DNA of 63,731 nt, counting the filler, from Stramenopiles sp. TOSAG23-2 (lineage: Eukaryota), in assembly GCA_900128395.1 (NCBI GenBank). It is 34 parts of 34 records of this genome, joined end to end, with 100 filler letters (N's around TTAATTAATTAA, not from the genome) between each part and the next. Parts side by side here need not be neighbours in the genome. Positions count along the whole stretch, not along the records: positions 37,671 to 39,444 come from LT652366.1; positions 39,545 to 41,318 come from LT652367.1; positions 41,419 to 43,192 come from LT652368.1; positions 43,293 to 45,064 come from LT652369.1; positions 45,165 to 46,936 come from LT652370.1; positions 47,037 to 48,806 come from LT652371.1; positions 48,907 to 50,673 come from LT652372.1; 27 more parts are not named here. One strand, 5' to 3'. The notes under the pieces are model-generated. The model saw only the letters and a program-made list of their open reading frames with translations, had not been told where the DNA came from and did no database searches. The translations under genes were made by a program, and so were the position numbers. This document shows positions 38,129 to 50,673 of this stretch, piece by piece; position 1 is the stretch's first letter; every line of letters starts with the position of its first letter.

Positions 38129-39444
38129 CCTCAATATTCGCGATGCACCATGTTCTACCAGCGGGTGGTATGACACGTATGATATTCTTACCATTTGATA
38201 TTACCTGGCCATTCCCATCAAACTCTTTATACTTCCAAGGAACACCAACGTCATTTGAAGTCTTTGCAATTGGTATCACCAATGAAAACTTTGAACACGG
38301 GGTACTGCATTGGTGGTCGCCATAAACACCTTTAGCTAATATACCAATGGGATTCGTGACGTTATTTACAATTACTGTTCCAGTGTTCAAAGACTCGTCC
38401 TCGCCTGCATCGCTTTCAAACAAAGCTTTGCCTTGAAATACCAATTCAATACTTTCTATTTCTTGTGGTTGGTTTATATCCAGCATGGAGCTATCATGCA
38501 CCACAAAATCTGGAAATGCTTCATTTCTACTGCACCAAAAGTCAGGCCTATCACAAAAGTCTCTGCAACCTCCAAACGGGGCAAGTGCACACTTGATATT
38601 TGGTTTCAATTTTAGTGCATCACGGCATTGTTGATACACATCATCTAGAAGAGCTTTTGTCATTTTGTCCGTGCATTCAAAAAATGAATCACACAAACCA
38701 CCTTCAATGTTTGTCTCCTCATCTCCTATATCCATTAAGTTCTGGCATTCAAATGGACACTCGCTGCCTGGACAAAATCCAACCAATGCGTTTGTCTCCA
38801 TTTTTTCTGCATCCAATTTTGCAATCACTTCCAATTTGTCAAATCCCCACCATTTTTGGTCTTTGACTTTATCAACATCGCCACCAATCTGAATATACAT
38901 GGACTGGTGATCTAAATTTTTTGGATATGCAATTACTTTATCAATGTAGTGAGTGCATATTTGAAAAGGGACAAACTGGTTTCTACTTTTGTGACTGTGG
39001 TGGTTAGCTCCACGGTCATTCAAACCGCCATCTGGATATCCTCTTTGTGGTCTCCAAGTAGATTTATAACAATCATCAAAGTGATGATTTGTTTGATATA
39101 GAATATTCCAATCATCCCATAATATAGAGGCATAATCGTCTGAAAATGCGTACTTTACATAAGCATAATCGCCATCCCAAAGGTCAACAAAGAAGTAACG
39201 CAATCGTATCCGTATTGAATCTGTTCTTTTAGGAATCAATTTTATTTTTTTGTACACATATTTATTGTCCTTATCAAATGGCCCGTGAATTTCTATACAA
39301 GAGGATTTGCCTCTTCCACCGTAATTATCTGTAATCCATGGATCGTCGCAAGATTGCAGTTGTGGGTTAAAATTTTTTCTCGACTCCATGGGATCATTGG
39401 TGCTTTCCGACCAAGACATTGCTATTTTAGATAATGCTTTAGCG
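38076..39444 (-). CDS. Cys-containing extracellular-type protein, partial
   Basis: 447-aa open frame; RIRLRYFFVDLWDGD, WWGFDKLEV, Cys clusters. Confidence 0.75.
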
Positions 39445-39544
39445 NNNNNNNNNNNNNNNNNNNNNNNNNNNNNNNNNNNNNNNNNNNNTTAATTAATTAA
39501 NNNNNNNNNNNNNNNNNNNNNNNNNNNNNNNNNNNNNNNNNNNN

Positions 39545-41241
39545 ATGTTGATGAAGAAAATAAACGTCTTTTGAAAGAACATTTGCAACCACAAACACGA
39601 GCATTTCATCCAATGCATGTTGGTATTAAAGTGGAACGTAAGTACCGAACTATCTATGTTAGCTTAATGTCTCTCGCTCTCTCTCTCTCTCTCTCTCTCC
39701 ATATATATATTTCCATTTATTCTACTATTACACACACTAACACACACACACAAACATGTACCATTCCATAATACAATACAACAAATACAGCAAAAGAATT
39801 TAAAATATACAGTAAATCACGTATTCAAGACATTTTTCGTGCTAAAAATGTAAGTGAAGACATGTTAAATTTTGCTGAATATTATGCTGCATCATCCGTT
39901 TTACCGATGCGTGCTAATAATTACGTAGTCGATCAATTAATTGATTGGACAAATGTGCCAAATGATCCAATTTTCCAATTGACATTTCCACAACCAGGAA
40001 TGTTACATCCAGAAGATTTGAAAATGTATACTGATGCATATGAAAAAGGTGTAAGCCGTCCAAAGTTACGTGATATTGCAGAGTTGATACGTAATAAAAT
40101 GAATCCACATCCAGCTGGGCAAAAACAATTAAATGTCCCGTTTGATGAAAGTGTCAGCGAATTGAACATTAATTCTATGTATGCTCCTGACAACGACGAG
40201 GATGCTGGTGAATTACAAGGTATGCAACATAAATATCGGGAGACGGTACTGTTTTTCCCAAAAGAAGGCCAATTTTGCCATGCCTATTGTACGTATTGTT
40301 TCCGATGGGCCCAATTTACAAACGTCGGTAGTGAGCAACAATTTGCATCTGGAGACGGTGAAATGTTACATAATTATTTAGCAAAATCCAAGCAAGTGAA
40401 TGATATTTTATTTACAGGTGGTGATCCAATGGTCATGCAAGCAAAGACAATTGCCAAATATATCAACCCATTGTTACAATCCAATGAAGTCGATCATCTG
40501 CAAACTATACGTATTGGTACGAAATCATTGGCATATTGGCCATATCGTTATGTATGTGATCCAGATGCAGCGGAAATGTTGAAATTATTTGAACGTATTG
40601 TTCAATCTGGGCGACATGTGTCTATCATGGCCCATTTCACACATCCACGCGAACTGTCCACTCCAGTAGTGCAAGAAGCAATACGTTTAATACGTTCCAC
40701 TGGGGCAAATATACGTACCCAAGCTCCATTAATTGCGAATGTGAATGATAATTCAGAAACATGGGCAACTATGTGGAGGAACCAAGTACGTCTAGGTATG
40801 GTACCATATTACATGTTTGTTGAACGTGATACGGGTGCAAGGCATTATTTTGAAGTACCATTGCATCGTGCATTAAATATATATCAAGGTGCCTTCCAAG
40901 CACAAAGTGGATTGGCACGAACGGTGAGAGGTCCATCAATGAGTGCTACGCCTGGGAAAGTTCATGTAGTAGGTAAGGCAGAGATGAATGGCGAACAAGT
41001 ATTTGCATTGAAATTTTTACAAGCAAGAAATCCTGATTGGCAAGATAAATTATGGTTTGCAAAATACGATGAAAGTGCAGTATGGCTAGATGATTTGAAA
41101 CCAGCATTTGGTGAATCTCAATTCTTTTGGGAAAAAGAAATGGATAATTTCGGTGATGCAAAAGGTAGTTCTGGTCAATTACATACTGATACTGTTGTTG
41201 ATTATGAAAACATGGTCATACCAACTGCACAATTTATGTAA
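39545..41241 (+). CDS. KamA-family radical SAM enzyme (lysine 2,3-aminomutase-like), 5'-partial, intron 39638-39790
   Basis: HKYRETVLFFP, CHAYCTYCFR (CxxxCxxC), DILFTGGDPM, IRIGTK, HFTHPRE, PYYMF, SATPGK. Confidence 0.92.
39638..39790 (+). other. Spliceosomal intron, 153 nt, phase 1
   Basis: GTAAGT donor, TACAG acceptor, (CT)n/(CA)n inside; splicing gives KVEPKEFKIY in frame with ATG 39862. Confidence 0.88.
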
Positions 41242-41418
41242 TCTAGAACAGGCTGTTCTACAAAACAGAATACAGAATACAGAATATACCAGTAGGTATC
41301 ATAGTATCATATCATCCANNNNNNNNNNNNNNNNNNNNNNNNNNNNNNNNNNNNNNNNNNNNTTAATTAATTAANNNNNNNNNNNNNNNNNNNNNNNNNN
41401 NNNNNNNNNNNNNNNNNN

Positions 41419-42790
41419 AGAAGACGGAATTGATAATAATGGTGCAAGTAGTAGTAGTGGTAGTAGTAGTAGTAGTAGTAGTGGTAGCAGCAGCAGCAGT
41501 ACTAATGGTAAGGTCAAAGACAGTAAAACGATGGATCAAAATAACGTTATGGACAACATAGATAACTCTGGAAGTTTTAATTCAAATCATGCTGTAACAA
41601 GGACAAACAATACAACAACTACAACAACAAGAACAATAACAAATACAACAAGTACAATTTCTATGTCAAAAGTTAAAACAATTGAAAAGAATCACTGTCC
41701 ATCTCTTGGCAATAATAATAACGATGATTCAGTCCATTGGACAAATACGCAAACAAGTAAACATAAAATTTCGAGGAAGAAAGAAGGGTTAAAGAAGAAT
41801 GCGTTGCCACGCTTAGAAATGCTAAAAAAGGAACAACAGAAGTTTGTTAAACGGACTGATAAGATAAAGAAAAAAAAGGAAGAGCAACAACAACAAATTG
41901 CAAGAGCGGAGCTCACTGCAAACCATATGGCAAATACGATAAAAAAATTGACTAGACAAAAGCGAAAAAAATCTAGTGATGATGGGGAAAGAAAGAAAAC
42001 AAAGTTGGAAGATAATGGTACAAGACAGTCAGATCATTTAAAAAAGTTTATGAAAATTGTGGAATCAGTGGAAATAGAAAAGAAGCAAGAAAGTGGTGTA
42101 GAACTTGATACGACGAAGGGGCCACTTAAAGGTTTTAAATGTGTCATTGCCATTCGATCAAAGCTAGGTAGTACACGTCCTATATGTGATACATATTGGA
42201 CAACCTCTTCAGGAGTTAAATGCCACTCTTCTTTCGAGATACAAAAACGTCTGAATATGCTAAGTTTTGAAGACAGTCGTAACTATGCGACTGCAATGTT
42301 TAAACAAATGAATTGTATTTATCTCAAATCAACTAGGATAAGGTATTTGAAAAAGTATTGGCGCTGGAATACGGATGGTGACTGTCTCATTGATGAAAGT
42401 GATGATTCTGTGGCCTATAGTCGAAATAATAATAATATTACTAGTGGCAGTAGTAGTAGTAGCAGTAGTAGTAATAATAACAGAGGAAAAGTCGACAGTA
42501 AAATGAAGGAGGTAGTAAGGCATGCAGAGAATATAATTGGTGGACCTTCACATGAAGAATATAATCCGTTGTATCTTGTAAAATGGAAAGGGTTACGTGA
42601 TCCATCATGGGAAACATATAGTAACTTAGTGGAAATGATGGGTGGTTGTAAATATGTTGATCAATTGATTCACGAGTATAAAAATGCCGCTGCATCAAAC
42701 GGTGGCCGCAATGAAAAAAAGGAAAAAAATGAAGAGAAAAAACGTGAATGTACAAATAATAAGCGTGATGTAAATAATCTACGTCTTTAA
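41419..42790 (+). CDS. Chromatin protein with MBD-like segment and C-terminal chromodomain, 5'-partial
   Basis: YLVKWKGLRDPSWETYSNL (chromo); GFKCVIAIRSKLGSTRPICDTYWTTSSGVKCHSSFEI (MBD-like). Confidence 0.75.
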
Positions 42791-43292
42791 CATCATATAG
42801 ATTGAGATACGATATGCGCAGCTGCAGGCTGCACGTAAGAAGCCTCGTGATGCAAATAATATATATTAAATTACGCGTGTATACTTTCGTTAGATAATTT
42901 CAATATTATTACGAAAAATATATTTTCTAGTATATTTTAATACGTATATATAATTTTTTAAATAATACATCATTTTATATACACACTTACTCGTAAAAAA
43001 AAAGGCAAGATTTTTTTTAAAACAGGATATAAGAAGAAAAAAAATACGAACGAACCGTTCCTACACTTTTTTTCGAGAAATCTTTTTAATATTCAAAAAA
43101 AATTCGCGTATTATTTTTTTTTCGTATTTTAAAAAACACCTATTCCATATTGACATAAATAAACAACATAATGCAAAACGAAATGGTTAAAANNNNNNNN
43201 NNNNNNNNNNNNNNNNNNNNNNNNNNNNNNNNNNNNTTAATTAATTAANNNNNNNNNNNNNNNNNNNNNNNNNNNNNNNNNNNNNNNNNNNN

Positions 43293-44291
43293 GCTGCTGC
43301 ATATAAAGAATATGAATTATCAATGAAAAGTGCTAAACAATTAATTAAAAAAGGTGCTATCTTGATGAAAGAAGTTGGTCAATATACAAAAGCAGAACCA
43401 ATTAAAGAAGGTATGCTAGCTGTCATGGCATTGGCACAAGCTGATTTACAAATGGGCAAAGGTAGAACAATTGTGGAAGAAGTTTTGATGAAGAAAATCG
43501 CTCAAAGGGCATTCCCAGCTTTAGGTGATGACGTAGCTAAAGAATTTGCTAGTAGAGCATTGCCATTGGCACAAGTAGATGCAAATACACAAATATCAAC
43601 CGAGTTGATGGCAAAAGCGGAAAGTTCTATGACTACATTGATCACAACCGCTAAAGCACATAGTTTTTACCGTGGCAATGATGATGGTGCTCCAGAAGTT
43701 GAGGATGCAGAATCAGCATTCCACGAATTAGTTAATAGCGGTGGAGATCAAAAAAAGGCATTAGCAGCCATGAAAGTTGCAGAAGCAATTAAACAAGCAA
43801 GAGAAGTTAAAGGCAAAAATATTACAAAAGCTGAAGTACAAGAAGCTATGAAGGCATCAACTGGTAATTTTAAAAATTTATTAAGAGGTTTAGGTATACA
43901 AGGAAAAGATGCAGGTAAAAAATGTCCAAACAAATGTAATGGACATGGTAAATGCGTTGAAGGTGTATGCCACTGCGAACCAGGATTCACTGGCAGTAAA
44001 GATTGTAAAAAACCAGTAACAGGCGCTGGATGTTATACTTGTTGTGCATATGAAGGATTAGATAGTTGCCGTCATTTGTTCACGGGTAAATCAAATACAG
44101 CGGAATACGATAAATGTTACTCAAGTAGTACAGATAAATGTTTACAGGCTTGTACTGGTGGTGACCACGCTCAACAATTATCATGCTCCAACACTATGGA
44201 AAGAATGGCAGAAAAAAGTGGTGCAAATAAAGTTCCACCTGCAATTAAGAAAATGGTAGATGCTTTGGAGGCGAAAAGAGCAGCACAATAA
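43293..44291 (+). CDS. Helical protein with EGF-like domain and Cys-rich tail, 5'-partial
   Basis: CPNKCNGHGKCVEGVCHCEPGFTGSKDC. Confidence 0.85.
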   Translation, partial: AAAYKEYELSMKSAKQLIKKGAILMKEVGQYTKAEPIKEGMLAVMALAQADLQMGKGRTIVEEVLMKKIAQRAFPALGDDVAKEFASRALPLAQVDANTQISTELMAKAESSMTTLITTAKAHSFYRGNDDGAPEVEDAESAFHELVNSGGDQKKALAAMKVAEAIKQAREVKGKNITKAEVQEAMKASTGNFKNLLRGLGIQGKDAGKKCPNKCNGHGKCVEGVCHCEPGFTGSKDCKKPVTGAGCYTCCAYEGLDSCRHLFTGKSNTAEYDKCYSSSTDKCLQACTGGDHAQQLSCSNTMERMAEKSGANKVPPAIKKMVDALEAKRAAQ

Positions 44292-44471
44292 ATACGCTTT
44301 AGTGTCAATGTTTGTCGGCAAATATTTTTGTTTTGAATTTCAAAAGATAGTGTTAATAATAATAATAACAAGTTAGTAAAAATATATATAAAAAAAATAT
44401 TAAAAAAAAAATTAAATATTGTTTTAATAATATTATATTATACATGTACGTGATTGCACGATATATATTGT

Positions 44472-44967
44472 TTATTTTATTTCCTTTATTTTCTCATATT
44501 GAAACAAACTTGCATTATATTCTTTCCGCATTTTATCTGTACTTTGTCGTAACGAACGTTTTAAACCACGTATAACTCGACGTTCTATAAAAGTTACTTG
44601 TGCTTCAAGGGCATTTTTCTTTTTTTTGAACCAGTTTTTTTTCATTGTTTATAATCTCTTCACCAGCAGAATTCAAGAACATATCTTTTGGCAATTCTAA
44701 ATTTTCTTCATTACACCCATCTTTTGCATTATTTACATGATTGTTAGTTTTTAATACCATATCTTCATAAGATGTAATACTTCTATTGTCTTTCACTATT
44801 TTATTTACAACGTCATCGTTATTATTATTATTGGTGAAATAATTCTCATCATGATATATATCAGTACGTTCCAACAATATATCTAACCGATCCTCTTGTG
44901 ATAAGAGGGGGGACATCGCCAATGCAGAGGAAGACGGTGACGACATTTCATCATTCGATGGATCCAT
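44472..44967 (-). CDS. Hypothetical protein; frameshift in A-run near 44620
   Basis: ORF 44605-44967 continues in the +1 frame as NALEAQVTFIERRVIRGLKRSL...KEIK*. Confidence 0.55.
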
Positions 44968-45537
44968 TTTGATAATTTATATCTTTTCCTTTTTGGCTTT
45001 GTATATTATTTTTTTCTACAAAATATTCTATATGTTTCTTTTTTCTTTAACGTTTTTTTTAATTNNNNNNNNNNNNNNNNNNNNNNNNNNNNNNNNNNNN
45101 NNNNNNNNTTAATTAATTAANNNNNNNNNNNNNNNNNNNNNNNNNNNNNNNNNNNNNNNNNNNNGCCTAAAAGTTGCTTTTAATTCGATGATGTAATTAG
45201 TGTGTGCCACGTGTGCGCTTCTTGAAAAATAATACGAGTCCGTGCGAAGTATTACAAGAGCGCGCAAGTATGCATCTAGTTTGTATATAATATTACTCTT
45301 CGTGTACGAAAAAATTATATTTATATTAAAAAGCTAAAACACAAAATTTTATTTTATATTTTCGTATTTTTTTAAAAAAAAATTTTAAAATATGATTACG
45401 AAGGAGTGTAATATAAAAACATGTACACATTATACAGATGTTGCAGATGTATTTCGTATCATAATATTTTTACATTTTCTATCATATCATACCAGTACGT
45501 TCGTAATTTTCAGGTTGTTTTTAAAATATACCAAATT

Positions 45538-46903
45538 TCACACACCATATCGTCTTAATCTTAACATTTGTACATCTCTTACAGCAAGAGTAGCATTATA
45601 TCCATTAGTAAAATTTCCTAGTGTTTCTTTTTTCCACAAATTACGTACTTCAACAATAACATCATTACCTTCTTTTACACCATTACCATCGTTATCTAAA
45701 ACAAATTTAGTATTCCATCCTAACATGTCCCATGTAACTCCTACTATTAATTTGTCTCCATGAGATTTTCCTTTTCCAGAATTATACAAAACAACACATT
45801 TGTCACCATTAGCTAAGTCTCTTGCCCATACTTGACGACCATTTGTATCGTTAAAGATTCTATCGCCAGCAGTATTGCTTGGATCTTGATTTATTGCAAT
45901 GACTTCCTCATTTCCTATAATTTGCATTTTTTTCGTAGATATCTTCCGTAGATCTGTTGAAATGAGCAATGGAGCACTCCATAGACTCCAAAAGGTATAT
46001 TCTGTTCGACTTCCTATAAAATCCATTGTAAAATATTCCGTCATTAAAAAGTCAGGATCAAGTATATTCTGTTCGACTTCCTATAAAATCCATTGTAAAA
46101 TATTCCGTCATTAAAAAATCAGGATCAAGCCATCCATATTGCTTCGTCCATTTGGATGGTTGCAAATGAGCCATCCATTCAATGATATCATAAGTACCTT
46201 GACCATATCCAACACCATCTGAGCTGTGATTGCTACCGAATTTCCAAAAAGGTAAATGATCCATTTGTATACGAAACATTTGTGCTAGATTTGAACCCCA
46301 ATCCCATACATTATCTAACCCCCAATTACACAAAGAAAATAAAACTGGACGACCCGACGCATTTAACGCTTTTGACATTTCACCGTAAAGTTGTGGATCT
46401 GTTCCATTTTTATGGCCACAATGATCCATTTTTATCATATCAATACCCCAACTAGTCAAAGTCTTTGCATCTTGAGCGTAATGGTTATAGCTTCCAGGCC
46501 TAGATCCTTTGCAAGTTTCTGTTCCTAACGACGTATATAAACCAAAAAATAATCCCTTTGAATGGACATAATCTGCTACGTGTTTCATACCGTTTGGAAA
46601 ACTTTTTTTCTCTGGTTGCAAATTTCCATTTGCATCACGCTTTGTATCAGACCAACAATCATCCAATGCAACATATTTATATCCAAGCTTATCCAGGCCT
46701 TTTTCAACAATTGCATCTGCTGTTTCCATTACCAGTTGCTCCGTGCACGGGTCTTTCCCAAATAAATTACATAAGGAATGGGTACACCAAGAATTCCATC
46801 CCATTGGCGGTGTTTTTCCCATGCCATTGTTATAAGCAAAACTGGTATAATTTGCTATATAAAGTAAATGTAAAATAATTGTAAATTGATATCGTATCAT
46901 CAT
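45538..46903 (-). CDS. Secreted GH27 alpha-galactosidase / alpha-N-acetylgalactosaminidase, split by a 67-bp duplication
   Basis: Signal peptide; TPPMGWNSW, YVALDDCW, IDMIKMD, WLDPDFL, APLLISTDLR, VIAINQD. Confidence 0.95.
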
Positions 46904-47147
46904 TTAAACTGTATTCGTGTATTGTTATTGTATCTTNNNNNNNNNNNNNNNNNNNNNNNNNNNNNNNNNNNNNNNNNNNNTTAATTAATTAANNNNNNNN
47001 NNNNNNNNNNNNNNNNNNNNNNNNNNNNNNNNNNNNACATTACACATAAGTATAACAACAAAATCTTAGAAAGCCAACAAACACAATGATATTCCCATGT
47101 TAATTCTCATAGATAGGCTGGAAGAATACACGTAAGTATAATCATAA

Positions 47148-47450
47148 AAAACTATCAAAAATCACCAAAAATGACATTTTAAAATAACTAGTTTCAAAGG
47201 GAAAAATATTTAATATTATAATAAAAAATAACTTGTTTTAATGTGTCAATTATTAGAATAAATTATAAAAATTATTGGCATGAAACAAGTTTTTTAAAAA
47301 TAATTTGCGCAATTGTTGGAACATTTTTTACAAGAATTATTTATATATTTGTAAGTTTTCCTCATTATTTTTTATGTGATACCTGAGAATATTTTATAGT
47401 ATATTTACGAATTATTAAAACATCGTTTTTGGGGATATTTGATAGATTTT
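47148..47450. mobile_element. Degenerate MITE-like element with ~40-bp imperfect inverted ends
   Basis: AAAACTATCAAAAATCACCAAAAATGACATTTTAA vs reverse complement of 47412-47450 AAAATCTATCAAATATCCCCAAAAACGATGTTTTAA. Confidence 0.55.
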
Positions 47451-47534
47451 TCAGCAATATTTATGCGAAAGTATTTGAAAATTATATTATTTAACAATTA
47501 TACTTAAAGCGGATTCGCTTATATATATTATAAC

Positions 47535-47951
47535 ATGTCAAACATGAAAAGCACAAACGCACAAAAAAATATTTCTAAAGGAGTTGAAAGACTTTTACTG
47601 CCAATGCGAGAACCATTGTCAGGCAAAATTATTAGACACATTCTAATACATACAACTATGGATATGAATTTAAAATATTTCCAAAAATTGGCAAAAACTA
47701 TAAATAGACCGTTTCGCGGTAACTGTAAATTAGATTATGATGCTAATGTAATAAGAAAAATGATAATTATTCCAAATAAAGACAATATAAAATCATCAAA
47801 CAATTGGGATGAGCAAAAATATGAAAAGTTTGTGGAAGATTTCTATGTGTATATTAATTGTGAGGGTGAAGAAGATGAAGAATACGACGGAGAAATTTAT
47901 AAACAACCTACGTTGGAAAGATTTTGGAATGATGAAGAATTAGATTATTAA
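47535..47951 (+). CDS. Hypothetical protein with acidic C-terminus
   Basis: Complete 138-aa ORF, no motif recognised. Confidence 0.5.
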   Translation: MSNMKSTNAQKNISKGVERLLLPMREPLSGKIIRHILIHTTMDMNLKYFQKLAKTINRPFRGNCKLDYDANVIRKMIIIPNKDNIKSSNNWDEQKYEKFVEDFYVYINCEGEEDEEYDGEIYKQPTLERFWNDEELDY

Positions 47952-48362
47952 ATATTTTATCATGAAAAAAAGTTTTTTTTATTTTAAAACTAGATTTCAA
48001 ATACTTAAATTACATAGGTATAATTTAACTATAAAAAACAAGTAGCGAGAAAATGAGGAAGTTTTGGGATTATTAAAGATAATCTTTTTTGATGAACAAG
48101 AATAAAATTGAATAAACCACCCGGAATATCGCAAAAAGACGCATGGAAAGAAAACGAAATAAAGAACGAATCGTATATTCAAGGTGCTACATTGGAAACC
48201 ACATATCTAACATCGCATCTGTCACTAAGTATCTAATACATTTTTTTTTAAAATTGACAGGGGAAACTACTAGAAAATAAATTAAGAGCAAACAATATTG
48301 TAAAATTGAACCACGCAACTATGACGAAAAATTCGTATCAATTTAAAATTGTAATAGAAACT

Positions 48363-48806
48363 ATGCTTCTTGTCTGCTTGGTCTTGCTGCTCAGCGCGGA
48401 CCAAGGATCTGCTGCGACCTGGACGGAAGATACCTCCATTGGTGCGACGAAATATTGGTCTGCTATCACCTCCTCGGCAGATGGGACAAAGCTGGCGGCG
48501 ACTGTGTTTGGTGGGAACACTGATGGCAACATATGGACCTCCAGCAACAGCGGTGCGACCTGGACAGAAGATACCTCCGTTGGTGCGACGAAAAATTGGT
48601 ATGGTATCACCTCCTCGGCAGACGGAACGAAGCTGGCGGCGGTTATTAGGTTCCGCAACATATGGACCTCCAGCAACAGCGGTGCGACCTGGACGGAAGA
48701 TACCTCTGTTGGCGCGACAAAAAATTGGCGGGGTATTACCTCCTCAGCAGACGGGACAAAGCTGGCAGCGACTGTTCAAGATGGCAACATATGGACCTCC
48801 AGCAGG
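48363..48806 (+). CDS. Secreted BNR/Asp-box-like repeat (beta-propeller) protein, 3'-partial
   Basis: Signal peptide MLLVCLVLLLSADQGSA; three 43-47-aa repeats with TSSNSGATW and ITSSADGTKLAA. Confidence 0.85.
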
Positions 48807-48906
48807 NNNNNNNNNNNNNNNNNNNNNNNNNNNNNNNNNNNNNNNNNNNNTTAATTAATTAANNNNNNNNNNNNNNNNNNNNNNNNNNNNNNNNNNNNNN
48901 NNNNNN

Positions 48907-50673
48907 TGGTAAAGTCGTATTAAATTTTAAAATCACTTTTTCAACTGGGCCAGATCCTAAATTTTGAATTGCGTCGTTTATATTACCAGGTAATACAGGA
49001 TTAAAGTCAATAAACGAATGTTGCAGAACGCCTAATGGGGCAGTTAATATTACATGAGACCCTGTATAAACTTTTGATGTTGACGTTTGTACATTTACAA
49101 TAGGTGATGATGATTTAGATTGCTGATGTTGGTATATACCAGTCACTGGCGTATTCAATATGATTGAATCATTCAATGAATATTTCTCAATTAATAAATC
49201 AATCAATTCACTATAACCATTCGGTAAAATAACTTGCGTTCCCCCTACACTACAGCCTTGGTGTGATGTTGTTGGGCTAACCCAACTAATATCATCACCA
49301 CCGCAATCACCAATTAAAATCGAAGACAACCAAATCATTAATTCTTGTTCCATCGTATTATAATTATATTTATCAAAAACTATATTTGCAGCATCTTCAT
49401 ATGACATACTACTATTTCCTTTTTGTATATTTCGACATTGTTGATCAAATATATCCCATTGACTTGCTGCTGCATCTTTAATTGCATCTGGCATTGCTGT
49501 TCCATTGGTATAAAATGCATATGATGTTGATAAATCATTCCAATCACCATTAGCATATGGTAAATTGAATTCATTGACGAAATTCATAATTGGATTATTA
49601 GTTGTGCCATGCACCCAACTACTTCCCATATCAAGTTTCATTCCATCATTAAATATATTTTCTGTATATGATCGACCGCCTATATAATTTTTTGCTTCTA
49701 ATAGAATAAATTTTTTATTTGCTTTTTTTAATTCAATTGCAGCACCAAGCCCAGCCCATCCACCTCCTATTATAATGATGGCATTGTCATCGTCATTATT
49801 ATTTTTCTTATTATCATTTGAAACATTTATTATTGAAAGGTAATCGCTGATTTTCCATCTTCCATCTCCATTATTTTCCTCTAATCCATGTAAAACAAAT
49901 GGCATATTATTACTACTATTATTTGTATTACTGCGCACCATTGGTAACCATATATAACTTGCATTTCCAACACTACCTTCACCATTATGATTCCAACGAT
50001 CTGCAAAGTAAATATACAACGTAGTCTCATCGTTATCATTACCCACTTTCCTCAATGGCCACATGAATGTTGATTGAGAATTAAATGTTGATTTTGAATT
50101 AGATGGATTGCCAAGTATCGTCCATTGTGCATTTTCTAATGTAGATGAACTTGTATAACTTAAAATTGCTTCATTTGCATCCCATCCAGATAAATGTGAA
50201 CCAAGCATATAATATCCATTTGTACGATCATCATTCCAAATAGTTTGACCTTCACATTTAGGACCTTTGCTAATGATACCTTTGCTAGTCGTATTGAAAT
50301 AATCATCAGTTAATTCTGATATACCAGCATATTGATTGTTAACAGAACGTATAAGATATGTTTTTCGATTATTTGTTACATCTTGAAATATAGTCATATC
50401 AAAACTAAATTCATTATCTGGTTGATATCCATGTTGAAACTTATAGTTTCCATTGATAATCTTTGATGTTGCAACACCTATCATACCTAATTTAAAGTGA
50501 GCGGTATCTAAATGAAACATTAATACGTATAACTTAGTGTTGTGATTATAAACCAATTTTGGTCTTTCGATTCGATATATATTTCTAGTTGCTTCACTTT
50601 TTGGTATAGGGGTATTTACAATTGATATATTTTGAAAAATCATATTTTCCAATTTAAAATTCATTAAATCAAA
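48907..50673 (-). CDS. GH43-like glycoside hydrolase fused to a flavin amine oxidase domain, partial at both ends
   Basis: IERPKLVYN, YVLMFHLD, SFDMTIFQD, SHLSGW, TFNSQST, YFADRW, YIWLP; then IIGGGWAGLGAA, LEAKNYIGGR, DMGSSWVHG, NGYSELI, TAPLGVL. Confidence 0.9.

Noticed and set aside
45995-46129. Split GH27 as two genes
   Set aside because: A 67-bp duplication with one synonymous difference breaks one gene; likely unmerged allelic overlap
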